64,000 nt of DNA from Longimicrobiales bacterium (GCA_965249725.1 CBDFMQ010000002.1:1376001-1440000); one strand, 5' to 3'. Positions 32,218 to 42,207 are shown, counted from the first letter of the stretch. Numbers and translations: made by a program. Notes: generated by a model not told the origin, from the sequence alone.

Positions 32218-32281
32218 CGGATGTCGGTGCGCCTAGCGCTCCGATGTTGGTGCGCCTAGCGCTCCGATGTTGGTGCGCCTA
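32218..32281. repeat. 23-bp tandem repeat (~2.8 copies) in the rplU-rpmA spacer
   Basis: CCGATGTTGGTGCGCCTAGCGCT head-to-tail; includes the rplU stop codon. Confidence 0.9.
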
Positions 32282-32590
32282 AAGCTTGATGTCGGCGATC
32301 CGAATCTCGGTGAACTTCTGACGGTGTCCCTGCTTCTTGCGGTAGCCCTTCCTGCGCTTCCGCTTGAACACGATGATCTTCTTGTCCTTGCCGTGACGGA
32401 GCACTTCGGCCGTCACCTTGGCTCCACTTACGGTGGGCTGCCCGACCGACACCGCTGAACCGTCCGAGGCGAGCAGCACGTCGTCGAACGAGACTGTGCT
32501 ACCCTCGTCCGCCTCCAGAGACGGAATCCTGAGCTTTACGCCCGGTTCCGCCCGGAACTGCTTACCACCTGTTTGAAAAACCGCGTACAT
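32279..32590 (-). CDS. rplU: 50S ribosomal protein L21
   Basis: MYAVFQTGGKQF...KIIVFKRKRRKGYRKKQGHRQ. Confidence 0.98.
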   Translation of the reverse strand: MYAVFQTGGKQFRAEPGVKLRIPSLEADEGSTVSFDDVLLASDGSAVSVGQPTVSGAKVTAEVLRHGKDKKIIVFKRKRRKGYRKKQGHRQKFTEIRIADIKL

Positions 32591-32677
32591 GCTATGCCTC
32601 GATGGCGGTGCAATCTCTTCCAATTGAGCCTGAAAATTTCACGAAAAGCCAGGGGCTGGTCAAGACGTATCAGGGAC

Positions 32678-34201
32678 TCAGGCCGCCGCGTACCGAGACG
32701 TCACATCCGTTTCGGCGGCACCCGACAGGATTCGGAACTCGTCTTCCCTGAGCAACGGGTCGTCCCGCATGTCCAGAGACAGCTGTGTGTGGCGCCGCAG
32801 TCTCCGCAGGAAGTCGGGCTCGTCCTCCAGAATCCGTAGCGTCACCTCAGGATGCATCCGAATCATGATCTTCCGCTCGTCACCCTTGGCCGTGACCCTC
32901 GAAAGGCTCCTCTCGATCTGCCGGACGACGGTAGCCGGCGTGTAGACACGCCCCCCACCGTCGCAATGATCACAGGTCTTGGTCAGAGAGTTGAAGAGCG
33001 ACGGTCGCACCCGTTGCCGCGTCATCTCCACCAACCCCAAGCCCGAGACCTCGAACGCCTTGGTGCGAGCCCGATCACGGCTCAGGTGGGTCCTGAGCTC
33101 GTGCAGCACACGATCGCGGTTCTTCTGGGACTCCATGTCGATGAAGTCGCACACGATAATGCCCCCGATATCTCTCAGGCGAAGCTGACGCGCGATTTCA
33201 CCCGCCGCGTCGACATTGGTCTTGAGAATGGTGGCCTCAGCGTCCTTCTTTCCCTTGTAACGCCCCGTGTTTACGTCGATCGATACGAGCGCTTCGGTGG
33301 GCTCGATGATTATGTACCCGCCCGAAGGCAGGGTCACCCTCTTCTGAAAGGCGCCCTGGATGCCCTCTTCGACCCCGTGTTTGTCGAAAAGCGCCACCGA
33401 ATCCGAATAGAGCTTCACTCGGTCCTTGAGGTCCGGCGCCACGTTCTTCACGTACTGCAGGATCTCGTTGTAGACCGCCTTGTTATCGACTGTGATCGAC
33501 TCGAAGCGGTTGCTGAAGAGATCTCGAATCACACCACTGATCAGCTTCGCTTCGCGGTGTAGGAGCGCCGGGGCCTTTGCGCCCTCCTTCTTTTTCAAGA
33601 TCTTCTTCCAGATCGCGCTGAGGCGCTTGAACTCCTTCGCGAACGTGTCCTCGTTGAGCTCCTCACTCACCGTTCGGACGATGATCCCCCCGCTCTTCTT
33701 GGGAAGGATGCTCTTGGCGAGCTTGCGCAGCCTGGAGCGTTCGTCTCGATCCTCGATCTTCCGGCTGACGCCCACGTGGGACGAACCGGGCATATAGACG
33801 AGGAATCGACCCGGGAGTGAGATCTGGGCCGTCAGGCGAGGACCCTTGGTGCTGATGGGCTCCTTGGTGACCTGTACGACCACCTTCTGGCCCTTCTTGA
33901 TCAGGTCCTGAATAGGGGGAAAGGTCTTCGGGCGACGCCGCCTCCCTCCCCCACCGTTGTCGTCTTCCTCTTCACCCGTCTCGAGATCCGAAACGTGGAG
34001 GAATCCGGCCTTGTCGGTTCCTATGTCGACAAAGGCCGCTTGAATGCCGGGCAAGACCGCTTCGACCTTGCCCAGATAGATGTCACCGAGCAAACGCCCT
34101 TGATCGGGCCGGTCGAATAGGATCTCGACCAACTGCTCGTCTTCCATGAGCGCCACCCACGATTCGTGGGCAGACGCACTCACGAGGATTTCTCTCCTCA
34201 A
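32678..34201 (-). CDS. rng: Rne/Rng family ribonuclease (RNase G-length)
   Basis: S1 domain VLPGIQAAFVDIG, KEPISTKGPRLT, IDVNTG, RLRDIGGIIVCDFIDM and CxxC; TTG start with an AAGGAG RBS. Confidence 0.93.
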   Translation of the reverse strand: MRREILVSASAHESWVALMEDEQLVEILFDRPDQGRLLGDIYLGKVEAVLPGIQAAFVDIGTDKAGFLHVSDLETGEEEDDNGGGGRRRRPKTFPPIQDLIKKGQKVVVQVTKEPISTKGPRLTAQISLPGRFLVYMPGSSHVGVSRKIEDRDERSRLRKLAKSILPKKSGGIIVRTVSEELNEDTFAKEFKRLSAIWKKILKKKEGAKAPALLHREAKLISGVIRDLFSNRFESITVDNKAVYNEILQYVKNVAPDLKDRVKLYSDSVALFDKHGVEEGIQGAFQKRVTLPSGGYIIIEPTEALVSIDVNTGRYKGKKDAEATILKTNVDAAGEIARQLRLRDIGGIIVCDFIDMESQKNRDRVLHELRTHLSRDRARTKAFEVSGLGLVEMTRQRVRPSLFNSLTKTCDHCDGGGRVYTPATVVRQIERSLSRVTAKGDERKIMIRMHPEVTLRILEDEPDFLRRLRRHTQLSLDMRDDPLLREDEFRILSGAAETDVTSRYAAA

Positions 34202-34392
34202 TGTACTTTTCTCCTTAGTCGGCCACTCGTAGCCAATCTCGCCGGTGCGCCCATATCACCCCGGTCTCGTCCCTCCCACGCATTGGGGAGGAGCGAAGCC
34301 CGCCATGGCATGGGCCCGTTTAGCGCGCTTCCGCGCACCCCGCACGCATAAAGCGCGCGGCTGGCGAGCCAGCGGCCCGAGTCGCTTCCTTG
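34202..34392 (-). promoter_or_regulatory. Putative structured 5' leader of rne/rng
   Basis: Several consecutive hairpins in a 190-nt spacer. Confidence 0.4.
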
Positions 34393-35631
34393 TTATACCA
34401 GCGCCGATCCGCCGAACGTCTCCTTGAGGAGTTGTCGACCGATCACCAAACGCTGGATCTCGTTGGTTCCCTCACCGATCTCGCAAACCTTGGCGTCGCG
34501 CATCATGCGCTCCGCCGGGTAGTCGGCGGTGTATCCCGCCCCACCCATGATCTGGACCGCATCCCGGGTGGCTCGCATGGCAAGCTCTGAACAGAAGAGC
34601 TTGGCCATGGCGGCCTCCTTCGTGAACGGCTGGCCCAGGTCCTTCAGCCAGGCTGCGTGGTACGTGAGGTGCTTACCTGCTTGAATGTCTGTGGCGATGT
34701 CCGCCAACTGGAACTGAATATTCTGAAAATCCCAGATCTTCTTTCCGAACTGCTCGCGCTCGTTCGCATACCGGATCGCCGTGTCGAACGCCCCCTCGGC
34801 CAATCCCAGAGAGAGGGCCGCAATGCCGATCCGACCGGCGTCGAGGGTCTTCATGAAGTTCACGAAGCCCTCTCCCTCCACTCCCAAACGATCCTCTTCG
34901 GGGACGAGCGCCTCTTCCAGGATCAACTCCCGGGTATCGGAAGCTCGCCACCCCATCTTGTCCTCTTTCTTGCCCGCCCGCACCCCCTCGAGGAACGGAA
35001 GCCCGTCATCGTGTCCGAAGCCGAGCGATCGTGCCCGCTCAAGATCCACCGTCGGCTTACACACGATGAAGCTCGAAATCCCTTGAGATCCCCGATCCGG
35101 ATCGGTCACCGCGGTGATCGTGAAGATCTCACCCACCCCCGCGTGCGTGATGAAGATCTTCGATCCGCTTACTCGGTATCCCCCGTTCTCCCGCAGGGCC
35201 CGAGTGCGCGTTCCCCCGGCGTCGGATCCGGCGCCCGGTTCGGTCAGCCCGAAGCCTCCAAGGACCTTCCCGCTGGCCAGAGGCGGAACGTACTTCTCCC
35301 GTTGAGCGTCAGTGCCGAATTGCAGAATGGGAGAGGTGCCCAGCGTCGTGTGGGCGGAGACCGTGATGGCGTGGCTCGCATCGACCTTGGCGAGCTCCTC
35401 AACCACCAGAATGTAACTCAAATAGTCGCGGCCCATACCCCCGAGCTCTTCAGGGACGGGAACTCCGAGCAGCCCCATCTCCCCCATCGCCTTGACACTA
35501 TCCCACGGGAACTCGGCCGATTCGTCCGCTTCCCGGGCGTTGGGTTCGATGTACTCACGGGCGAAAGCCCGGACCTCTTCAACGAGGCCGCTGTGCTCTT
35601 CTGACAGATATCTATGCATACGGTCTTTCAC
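34393..35631 (-). CDS. Acyl-CoA dehydrogenase
   Basis: FGLTEPGAGSDA, GSKIFIT, KMGWRASDT, GRIGIAA, REQFGK and RDAKVCEIGEGTNEIQR. Confidence 0.95.
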   Translation of the reverse strand: MKDRMHRYLSEEHSGLVEEVRAFAREYIEPNAREADESAEFPWDSVKAMGEMGLLGVPVPEELGGMGRDYLSYILVVEELAKVDASHAITVSAHTTLGTSPILQFGTDAQREKYVPPLASGKVLGGFGLTEPGAGSDAGGTRTRALRENGGYRVSGSKIFITHAGVGEIFTITAVTDPDRGSQGISSFIVCKPTVDLERARSLGFGHDDGLPFLEGVRAGKKEDKMGWRASDTRELILEEALVPEEDRLGVEGEGFVNFMKTLDAGRIGIAALSLGLAEGAFDTAIRYANEREQFGKKIWDFQNIQFQLADIATDIQAGKHLTYHAAWLKDLGQPFTKEAAMAKLFCSELAMRATRDAVQIMGGAGYTADYPAERMMRDAKVCEIGEGTNEIQRLVIGRQLLKETFGGSALV

Positions 35632-35636
35632 CTACC

Positions 35637-35670
35637 AAGATTCACACGAAGATTCACACGAAGATTCACA
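35637..35670. repeat. 12-bp tandem repeat (~2.8 copies) spanning the recQ stop codon
   Basis: AAGATTCACACG x2 plus AAGATTCACA. Confidence 0.9.
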
Positions 35671-37192
35671 TCCGCCCCCGTCGACGCTCGGCGTCACACA
35701 CGTCACAGCCCCGGCAGGCCCGTGTCTCATCCCCGAAATAGTCGAGGAGCACGGCTCTCCGGCACCGGCCCGATTCGGCGTACCCGCGTACGGCCGCAAG
35801 GCCACGCAACGCCGCTTTCCGCAGCCGCAGAGGACCGGACCAGTCTGGGTCCGATGAGCACACGGCGACGTCCAGACGATCACGCCTGGAGTCACTTCCC
35901 GCCGGGGGTCTCGGTCTGCTGTTACCCGACAGAGCCGATTCCGAGCCCTGCCGCCCGGGCCCGTGATAGACACGGACCGATCCGAGTCGGTGGAGCGCCT
36001 CAAGCGTCGCGAGGAACTCCTCTCCGGTGCAGCCTACGTGCGTGGCCGCCCGATCGACGTCCAACCAACCGCGCGCACCGAGGCCCACCAGCCTCGCGAC
36101 GATCCGCCGGACCTTCTTGAGCACCCGGACCGGGGGCCTCGACCGGTCGATGAAGGAACGGTACAGCCGGTGGTCGTGCCGACCATGCAGGACCACACAC
36201 CGTGCCGGAGCGCCGTCCCGCCCGGCCCGCCCGGCTTCCTGGTAGTAGGACTCCAGGGTACCCGGCAGCTGATAGTGGATCACCAAACGTACGTCGCTCT
36301 TGTCCACTCCCATGCCGAACGCGTTGGTGGCTACGACCACGCGGGTCCTGCCCGTCAGGAAGTTCTCCTGGGCCCGGCTGCGTGGTCCGGGTTCCATGCC
36401 CGCATGATACGCGGTCACCGCAACGCCGAGCCGCGAAATATCGGTGCGTATGGCCTCTGCCACTCGCCGGGTCCCCGCATAAACGACAACGGCGCCTAAT
36501 TCGTCCCGCACCATCTTCCGGAGGCATCGCGCCTTGGAGCGGTGATCCTCGGCTCGTCGGACGTGCCACGACAGATTGGGCCGATCGAACGACCCGACGA
36601 CACGAACCGGGCTCACCAGGCCGAGCACCGAAATGATGTCCTCGCGCACCTCGCGGGTTGCCGTGGCGGTGAGCGCCATAATGGGGGCCGGCAGAAGCTG
36701 CCGAAGAAGGCCGATGCGCCGGTAGGAAGGCCGGAAGTCGTGGCCCCACTCGGATATACAGTGGGCCTCGTCGACGGCCACCAGCGACACGCGGATCTTC
36801 TCGAGAGCCTCGGTGAAGCCGGCGCTCTCGAGTCGCTCCGGGGCGACGAAGAGGAGCTTCAACACCCCTTGTACGGCGCGGCGCAGGACGGCCCGCCGCT
36901 CTTCGCCCGAGAGCCCGCTCGTGAGCAATGCCGCGGGGATTCCGGCTTGCAGAGCCCTGCTCACCTGGTCTTCCATCAGGGAGACGAGAGGGCTCAGCAC
37001 CAAGGTGAGGCCAGGCCGAGCGAGCGCCGGAACTTGATAGCACAGGCTCTTGCCGCCTCCCGTGGGGAGCACGCCCAATGCGTCGCGCCCCGCCATGCCC
37101 GCTGCTACCAGGCTCTCCTGGCCCGGGCGGAAGGCCGGGAAACCGAAGTGTCTCTCGAGAAGACGATGCGCCAAGCCGTGGTCCGCAGACAT
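35666..37192 (-). CDS. recQ: RecQ family ATP-dependent DNA helicase (short form)
   Basis: PTGGGKSLCYQ, DEAHCISEWGHDFRP, LTATAT, QEAGRAGRDG, and Zn-site CRR..CxxCD. Confidence 0.93.
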   Translation of the reverse strand: MSADHGLAHRLLERHFGFPAFRPGQESLVAAGMAGRDALGVLPTGGGKSLCYQVPALARPGLTLVLSPLVSLMEDQVSRALQAGIPAALLTSGLSGEERRAVLRRAVQGVLKLLFVAPERLESAGFTEALEKIRVSLVAVDEAHCISEWGHDFRPSYRRIGLLRQLLPAPIMALTATATREVREDIISVLGLVSPVRVVGSFDRPNLSWHVRRAEDHRSKARCLRKMVRDELGAVVVYAGTRRVAEAIRTDISRLGVAVTAYHAGMEPGPRSRAQENFLTGRTRVVVATNAFGMGVDKSDVRLVIHYQLPGTLESYYQEAGRAGRDGAPARCVVLHGRHDHRLYRSFIDRSRPPVRVLKKVRRIVARLVGLGARGWLDVDRAATHVGCTGEEFLATLEALHRLGSVRVYHGPGRQGSESALSGNSRPRPPAGSDSRRDRLDVAVCSSDPDWSGPLRLRKAALRGLAAVRGYAESGRCRRAVLLDYFGDETRACRGCDVCDAERRRGRM

Positions 37193-37233
37193 GCCGGACC
37201 CTGGCGGCGAGCGTCGGGCACCTCAATGGCCGG

Positions 37234-37488
37234 TCAGGCCCCCCCGTCGATCTCCCCGTCGATCTCCCCGTCGATCTCCCCGCCGATCTCCTCAGCCCGT
37301 GCGCCCCCCACCGACGTGAATCGCAGTGCCACGCCGGCGAGCAACACGACGAGAGCAGTAGTCACGAGCCAGGACGCTTCGAGAAAGATGCCTGCCAGAC
37401 CGAGCACCGCCCCGACCCCGAAGAGGCGGACCCGCCATTCGAGCAACCGCAGAGCTCGCGGTTCCGGCACATCGTGAGAAGGACCCAA
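37234..37488 (-). CDS. Small hypothetical membrane protein
   Basis: Two hydrophobic helices; fills the gap between co-oriented genes. Confidence 0.6.
   Translation of the reverse strand: MGPSHDVPEPRALRLLEWRVRLFGVGAVLGLAGIFLEASWLVTTALVVLLAGVALRFTSVGGARAEEIGGEIDGEIDGEIDGGA
37242..37289. repeat. 12-bp tandem repeat x4 (EIDG)
   Basis: CCCCGTCGATCT x3 plus CCCCGCCGATCT. Confidence 0.9.
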
Positions 37489-37491
37489 GCC

Positions 37492-38262
37492 TCAGCCCTG
37501 GGACCGATCCAGGAACCGACGGACACCCTCCCGACACGCGTCGGTACGGCGGGCGATGGCATTGACCTCTGCCCCCCGCCGGATGGCTTCATCGAAGCCC
37601 CCGCCGTCCAGTTCATAGAGGAGGGCCTTGGAAAGCTCCAACGCGGAGGCCGGCTTCGCGGCGAGCTTCTCGAGCAAACGCGATGTACCGGTCTCGAAAT
37701 CGTCCTCGGCGAACACCCGGTTCGCCAGGCCGATCCGCTCGGCCCGTTCCGCGGACACCCGTTCCCCGGTCATCACGAGGTCGAAAGCCACCGATTCCGT
37801 GACCTTTCGCCTCAGAATCGCCATGACCATGGCCGGTACGAAGCCGATATCGACCTCCGGGTACCCGAACTCCGCATCCGCGGCGGCCAAGACCAGGTCG
37901 CACGCTGTGGCCAACCCACAACCACCGGCGAGGGCTCGTCCATGAACGACCGCGACGATCGGCTTCGGATGACTTCGCATCTGGATGAAGAGGTTACCCA
38001 GAGACATGGCGTCGGCCACACTCTCTTCGTGGCCCAGGTCCGTGACCCGCTCCAGCTCGGCCAGATCCGCCCCGGCACAGAAGTCCTTTCCCGCACCCGA
38101 GATGGCGATGACACGGATAGAGGTATCGCCGGCCGCACTCTCGAGGGCGTGCACCAGGGCCGCGATGAGGTCGCCGCTCAATGCGTTGCGCTTGTCGGGG
38201 CGATTGAGCGTGAGCCGGCAGACGCCAGCGGAGACGGTCACTTCCAGGACCGGAGACGTCAT
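37492..38262 (-). CDS. Enoyl-CoA hydratase (methylglutaconyl-CoA hydratase-like)
   Basis: NRPDKRNAL, FCAGADL, ALAGGCGLATACD and YPEVDIGFVPA; next to a carboxyltransferase. Confidence 0.88.
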   Translation of the reverse strand: MTSPVLEVTVSAGVCRLTLNRPDKRNALSGDLIAALVHALESAAGDTSIRVIAISGAGKDFCAGADLAELERVTDLGHEESVADAMSLGNLFIQMRSHPKPIVAVVHGRALAGGCGLATACDLVLAAADAEFGYPEVDIGFVPAMVMAILRRKVTESVAFDLVMTGERVSAERAERIGLANRVFAEDDFETGTSRLLEKLAAKPASALELSKALLYELDGGGFDEAIRRGAEVNAIARRTDACREGVRRFLDRSQG

Positions 38263-38642
38263 GCAGGACCTACCTCCAGATCGGCAGGCACTCGGCCACG
38301 ACCCCGCACGGCGTCCGCCACCTCGGCGGGCACATCCACCTCGAGGCGAAGCAGAGCCGTGCTGAATACCTTGCCCTGGGCATCGTTCATGAGTGACATG
38401 GTGCCTCCCCCATCGAGCGCATTGTGTAGCAAGAAGTTCAGTGCGCACAGGTTGGGCAACTCGAACCGCTCCACCGGCCCGCGCACCATCTCACCGAAGT
38501 GCTCCTTCACGCGCTCGACCGTCAGAACCTCCGCGAGGAGTTCGTAATGATCCGGATCGTATGCGATCACACCCACATTGGCCGTATCGCCCTTGTCCCC
38601 GGAACGTGCATGAGCGAGATCGACCAGCTGAATCTTTGCCAT
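38259..38642 (-). CDS. AtuA-related small protein (AtuA C-terminal ferredoxin-like domain)
   Basis: LAHARSGDKGDTANVGV, LNFLLHNALDGGG and DAQGK. Confidence 0.88.
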   Translation of the reverse strand: MAKIQLVDLAHARSGDKGDTANVGVIAYDPDHYELLAEVLTVERVKEHFGEMVRGPVERFELPNLCALNFLLHNALDGGGTMSLMNDAQGKVFSTALLRLEVDVPAEVADAVRGRGRVPADLEVGPA

Positions 38643-38701
38643 GCTACCCCCCACCTCGGGAGCCGTCCCGTCGTCGGGCACCGCATGCGAGTCCGAACCC
38701 A

Positions 38702-40078
38702 CTAGACATCGAAGACCTCCACGGTCAGGTGAGGCTTCACCGCATCCTTGGCGATCAGGGCCGGCCAATACGCCATGATCTCTTGGACACGGGGTCTGCC
38801 CCCTGCGAACCCCGTGACGGAAGGCGGTCCGGTGAGGACCAGAGGGGCGATCTCACGTGTGAAGCGCTCGACGGCACTACGGTCCCGACTCCTCACACCG
38901 ATCCGCAACTGGACCTCCGGAAGATCGGCAGGAGGCGGGCCCGTGAGAGGGCCGTGCGTGGAATCCCACCCCACCAATTCCGTGCGCATGTCCAGATCGA
39001 GGCCCAGACGGTCCAGCCGCTCCCGGAGCACGCGGTCGGCCGATCGGGCCTTTGCCGCAGCATCCGGCCAAGCATACGTAAGGGTCCCCACGGCCTTGAA
39101 GCCGTCCGAGTAAGCGATGGACACCTTCATGAACTCCGTAGCCTCCTTGCCCCGGATCCCTTTGATGCGGACCCGGTCGCCCCCCTCATCCTCCAGCTCT
39201 ATGGTCGTGAAGTCCGCCACCACGTCGGGAGTGATATACGTCCGGGGATCTCCCATCTCGTAGACGATCTGTTCGGTGACCGTGCCCCGGGTCACGCGGC
39301 CTCCGGATCCCTCATGCTTGGTCACGACGAACGTGCCGTCCGCGGCAGCCTCGATGATGGGAAAGCCCACCTCGGCCAGATTCGGGACGGACCACCAGTC
39401 GATCAGGCAGTTCCCACCAGTGCTCTGAGCACCGCATTCGTTGATATGCCCCGCCACCACTCCGGCTGCGAGGCGATCCCAGTCGTCCAAGGCCCAACCG
39501 AACTCATGGATCATGGGACCATAGGTCAGGGCCGTGTCGGTCGAGCGCCCCGTAACGACTACGTCGGCGCCAAGTGCGAGAGCGTCGATGATCGGTCGGG
39601 CGCCCATGTAGACGTTGGCGCTCTGCACCCGATCCCGAATGGCAGAGAGGGGCTCGTCCGTCTCCATGTTCCGAAGGTCGTGACCGTCGGCGAGGAGGTC
39701 GTCCAGTCGGTCCATGAGGTCGTCGCCTATCACCATGCCTATGGTGCCTTTGCCCCCAACACCGGCGGTTCGGCCCGTCTCGACCAGGGCCTCGGCACAT
39801 CCTCTCGGATTCACGCCGCCCGCATTGGTGACCACGGTGACCCCGCGCTCGATACACGCCGGGAAGATCCGGCCCATCAGAGGCACGAAGTCCCGCGCGT
39901 ACCCTGCAGACGGATCCCTGATGCGCTGCTTCTGCATGATGGACATGGTGACCTCGGCCAGGTAGTCCATCATGAGATAGTCGATGTCCCCACCCTCTAC
40001 CTGGCGAACGGGGGCCTCGGGATCGTCTCCCCAAAACCCCTGCCCCGAGGCGATGCGTACGATGTCCCCTTCAGCCAT
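38702..40078 (-). CDS. atuA: Acyclic terpene utilization AtuA family protein (DUF1446)
   Basis: GQGFWGD, DYLAEVTMSI, TNAGGVNP, VVTGRSTD, GHINECGAQSTGGN and EQIVYE. Confidence 0.9.
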   Translation of the reverse strand: MAEGDIVRIASGQGFWGDDPEAPVRQVEGGDIDYLMMDYLAEVTMSIMQKQRIRDPSAGYARDFVPLMGRIFPACIERGVTVVTNAGGVNPRGCAEALVETGRTAGVGGKGTIGMVIGDDLMDRLDDLLADGHDLRNMETDEPLSAIRDRVQSANVYMGARPIIDALALGADVVVTGRSTDTALTYGPMIHEFGWALDDWDRLAAGVVAGHINECGAQSTGGNCLIDWWSVPNLAEVGFPIIEAAADGTFVVTKHEGSGGRVTRGTVTEQIVYEMGDPRTYITPDVVADFTTIELEDEGGDRVRIKGIRGKEATEFMKVSIAYSDGFKAVGTLTYAWPDAAAKARSADRVLRERLDRLGLDLDMRTELVGWDSTHGPLTGPPPADLPEVQLRIGVRSRDRSAVERFTREIAPLVLTGPPSVTGFAGGRPRVQEIMAYWPALIAKDAVKPHLTVEVFDV

Positions 40079-41786
40079 GGTCCGGCCCTTCGGCCTCTGC
40101 CACCTTGGAGGAAGACGACTCAGAGGGCTCCAAGTCGAGCTGGAAGGGGCCGAGGTGGGGCCCGGAGTTGTTCAGGGCGGCCTTCAGCAGGTGGACGAGT
40201 GCCGGCCGAAGCTCCTCGGGCAGAACGATCTCGTCGACGAAGCCTCGTGCCGCCGCAAAGCGGGCATCGAGCTGTCGATCGTAGTCCTCGCGCACCTCAT
40301 CCATGCGGGTGGTCAAGTCCTCGTCGGGCACCTCGCCCTTGGCCTTCAACTCCTCGAGCTGCCGGCTGAAGAGAGCCATCACGGCGCTGTCCCCCTCCAT
40401 TACGCCCATGCGGCCAGTCGGCAGGGACACGATGAAGTCCGGATCGAATCCCTGACCCGCCATGGCATAGTAGCCCGCGCCCGACGCGTGGTTGACCGTG
40501 AGCACGAGCTTGGGCACCGTGGCCGTCGCCATCGCCTCGACGAAGCGTGCCCCCGCTCGGATGATCCCCGAGTGCTCGGCTTCCGGGCCTACCATGAACC
40601 CGGACACATCCTGCACGAATAGGATGGGAGTCCGGTGGCGGTTCATGGTCTCGATGAAGTACGCCACCTTCTCCGCGCTCTCTGTATAGACGATCCCACC
40701 GAACCTGGGTGGGCCCGGCCGGTCATCCTGGATCATGCTCCTGGCGTTGGCGATGACGCCGATGGGCGTGCCTCCGAGGAACCCGGTTCCGCAGATCATC
40801 TCCGCCGCGTATTCGGGCTGGAACTCGTCGAGGCCTTCTCCGTCCACAATGCACTCCAACACATGTCGCATCTCGTACGGTTGGCGGTGATCCGGAGGAA
40901 GCAGGTCGTACAAGTCGGCGGCTGCCCGGATAGGTACCGTACCGGCTCCGGCCTCTGTACGCACAAGAACTTCGCCGGGCAGCTCGTAGATCAGCCGGCG
41001 GAGCTTCGCGAGACACGCTTCGTCGTCCGGCACCATGTAATGAGCGACGCCGCTCACCTCGGTATGTACGCGTGCACCGCCCAGCTCCTCGGAGCCGACG
41101 GTCTGGCCCGTGGCACCCTTTACCAGGTTCGGCCCTCCGAGACCCATGAAGCTCGTGCCGTCCACCATGAGAATCACGTCGGAAAGGGCCGGCAGATAGG
41201 CACCCCCGGCAATGCATGGGCCCATGACCGCCGCCAGCTGAGGAATGCCCAGATAACGACGCATGATGGAGTTGTAGTAGAAGAGACGGGCCGCCCCGTA
41301 CTGGCCGGGGAACACCCCGCCCTGGTAGGGCAGATTGACCCCTGCGGAGTCCACCAGATACACGATCGGGATGCGGCAACGCATGGCGATCTCCTGGGCC
41401 CGGAGCATCTTCTTGATGGTCTCGGGCCACCACGATCCCGCCTTCACTGTAGCGTCGTTCGCCACCACCACGACCTCGCGCCCCTCGACGACGCCCACTC
41501 CGGTGACGACACCGGCACCCGGAGCACCACCATCATACTGGTCGTGGGCGACAAGCAGGCCGATCTCGACCCACGTGCTCCCTTCGTCCAAGAGGAGCTG
41601 GACCCTTTCACGGGCCGTCAGCTTGCCCTGGGCGTGCTGTCGCTCGATGCGGTCCGCACCACCCCCCAGAACAAGCACAGAGCGGAGTGTCTCCAACTCT
41701 TTCGTCAACTCGGCGAGACGCCCCTGACCTGCCTGGCCCGGGGCAAGCCGAGGATCTTGGCCGGCGGAGTCCCCGGTCGGGCTCAC
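40071..41786 (-). CDS. Acyl-CoA carboxylase carboxyltransferase subunit (MCC/AtuC beta-like)
   Basis: GKLTARERV, ANDATVKAG, LVDSAGVNLPYQ, CIAGGAY, GGPNLVKGATG and SGAGYYAM; GTG start inferred. Confidence 0.9.
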   Translation of the reverse strand: MSPTGDSAGQDPRLAPGQAGQGRLAELTKELETLRSVLVLGGGADRIERQHAQGKLTARERVQLLLDEGSTWVEIGLLVAHDQYDGGAPGAGVVTGVGVVEGREVVVVANDATVKAGSWWPETIKKMLRAQEIAMRCRIPIVYLVDSAGVNLPYQGGVFPGQYGAARLFYYNSIMRRYLGIPQLAAVMGPCIAGGAYLPALSDVILMVDGTSFMGLGGPNLVKGATGQTVGSEELGGARVHTEVSGVAHYMVPDDEACLAKLRRLIYELPGEVLVRTEAGAGTVPIRAAADLYDLLPPDHRQPYEMRHVLECIVDGEGLDEFQPEYAAEMICGTGFLGGTPIGVIANARSMIQDDRPGPPRFGGIVYTESAEKVAYFIETMNRHRTPILFVQDVSGFMVGPEAEHSGIIRAGARFVEAMATATVPKLVLTVNHASGAGYYAMAGQGFDPDFIVSLPTGRMGVMEGDSAVMALFSRQLEELKAKGEVPDEDLTTRMDEVREDYDRQLDARFAAARGFVDEIVLPEELRPALVHLLKAALNNSGPHLGPFQLDLEPSESSSSKVAEAEGPDHG

Positions 41787-41787
41787 G

Positions 41788-42207
41788 TCAGACCCTTTCC
41801 TCACGTGTGGCGAACCAGTCACGGACATACGCGATGGCGTCGGTGGTGGATGTCCCGGGCCCGAACAGCTGGCCGACACCCTGCGCGGCGAGAGACTTCA
41901 TGTCCTCCTCGGAGATGATCCCGCCTCCCGTGAGAAGCATGTGGTCCGCACCCTCCTCGTTCAGCAGTGCAAGCACTCTGGGAAAGAGGGTCATGTGCGC
42001 CCCGGACAGGACGGACAGTGCGACTACGTCGACATCCTCCTGAACGGCGGCATTGACGACCATCTCGGGCGTTTGATGGAGGCCCGTGTAGATGACCTCG
42101 AAGCCGGCGTCCCTGAAGGAGGCTGCGATGACCTTGGCCCCACGGTCGTGGCCGTCCAATCCAGGCTTGGCAACGAGCACCCGGATCTTGCGATCCTCCG
42201 ACGTCAT
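41788..42207 (-). CDS. Cobalamin-binding small subunit of an acyl-CoA mutase (IcmB/MCM C-terminal)
   Basis: [25 protein letters not shown] and FGPGT. Confidence 0.93.
   Translation of the reverse strand: MTSEDRKIRVLVAKPGLDGHDRGAKVIAASFRDAGFEVIYTGLHQTPEMVVNAAVQEDVDVVALSVLSGAHMTLFPRVLALLNEEGADHMLLTGGGIISEEDMKSLAAQGVGQLFGPGTSTTDAIAYVRDWFATREERV

Noticed and set aside
32218..32281. 23-bp repeats as a mini CRISPR array
   Set aside because: Units are head-to-tail with no spacers, and there are no cas genes.
38393..40369. Long + strand ORF (658 aa) and similar antisense ORFs (e.g. 4584-5864, 40635-41918, 43169-44437, 53090-54304)
   Set aside because: Shadow frames of well-supported opposite-strand genes, expected at high GC, with no recognisable motifs.
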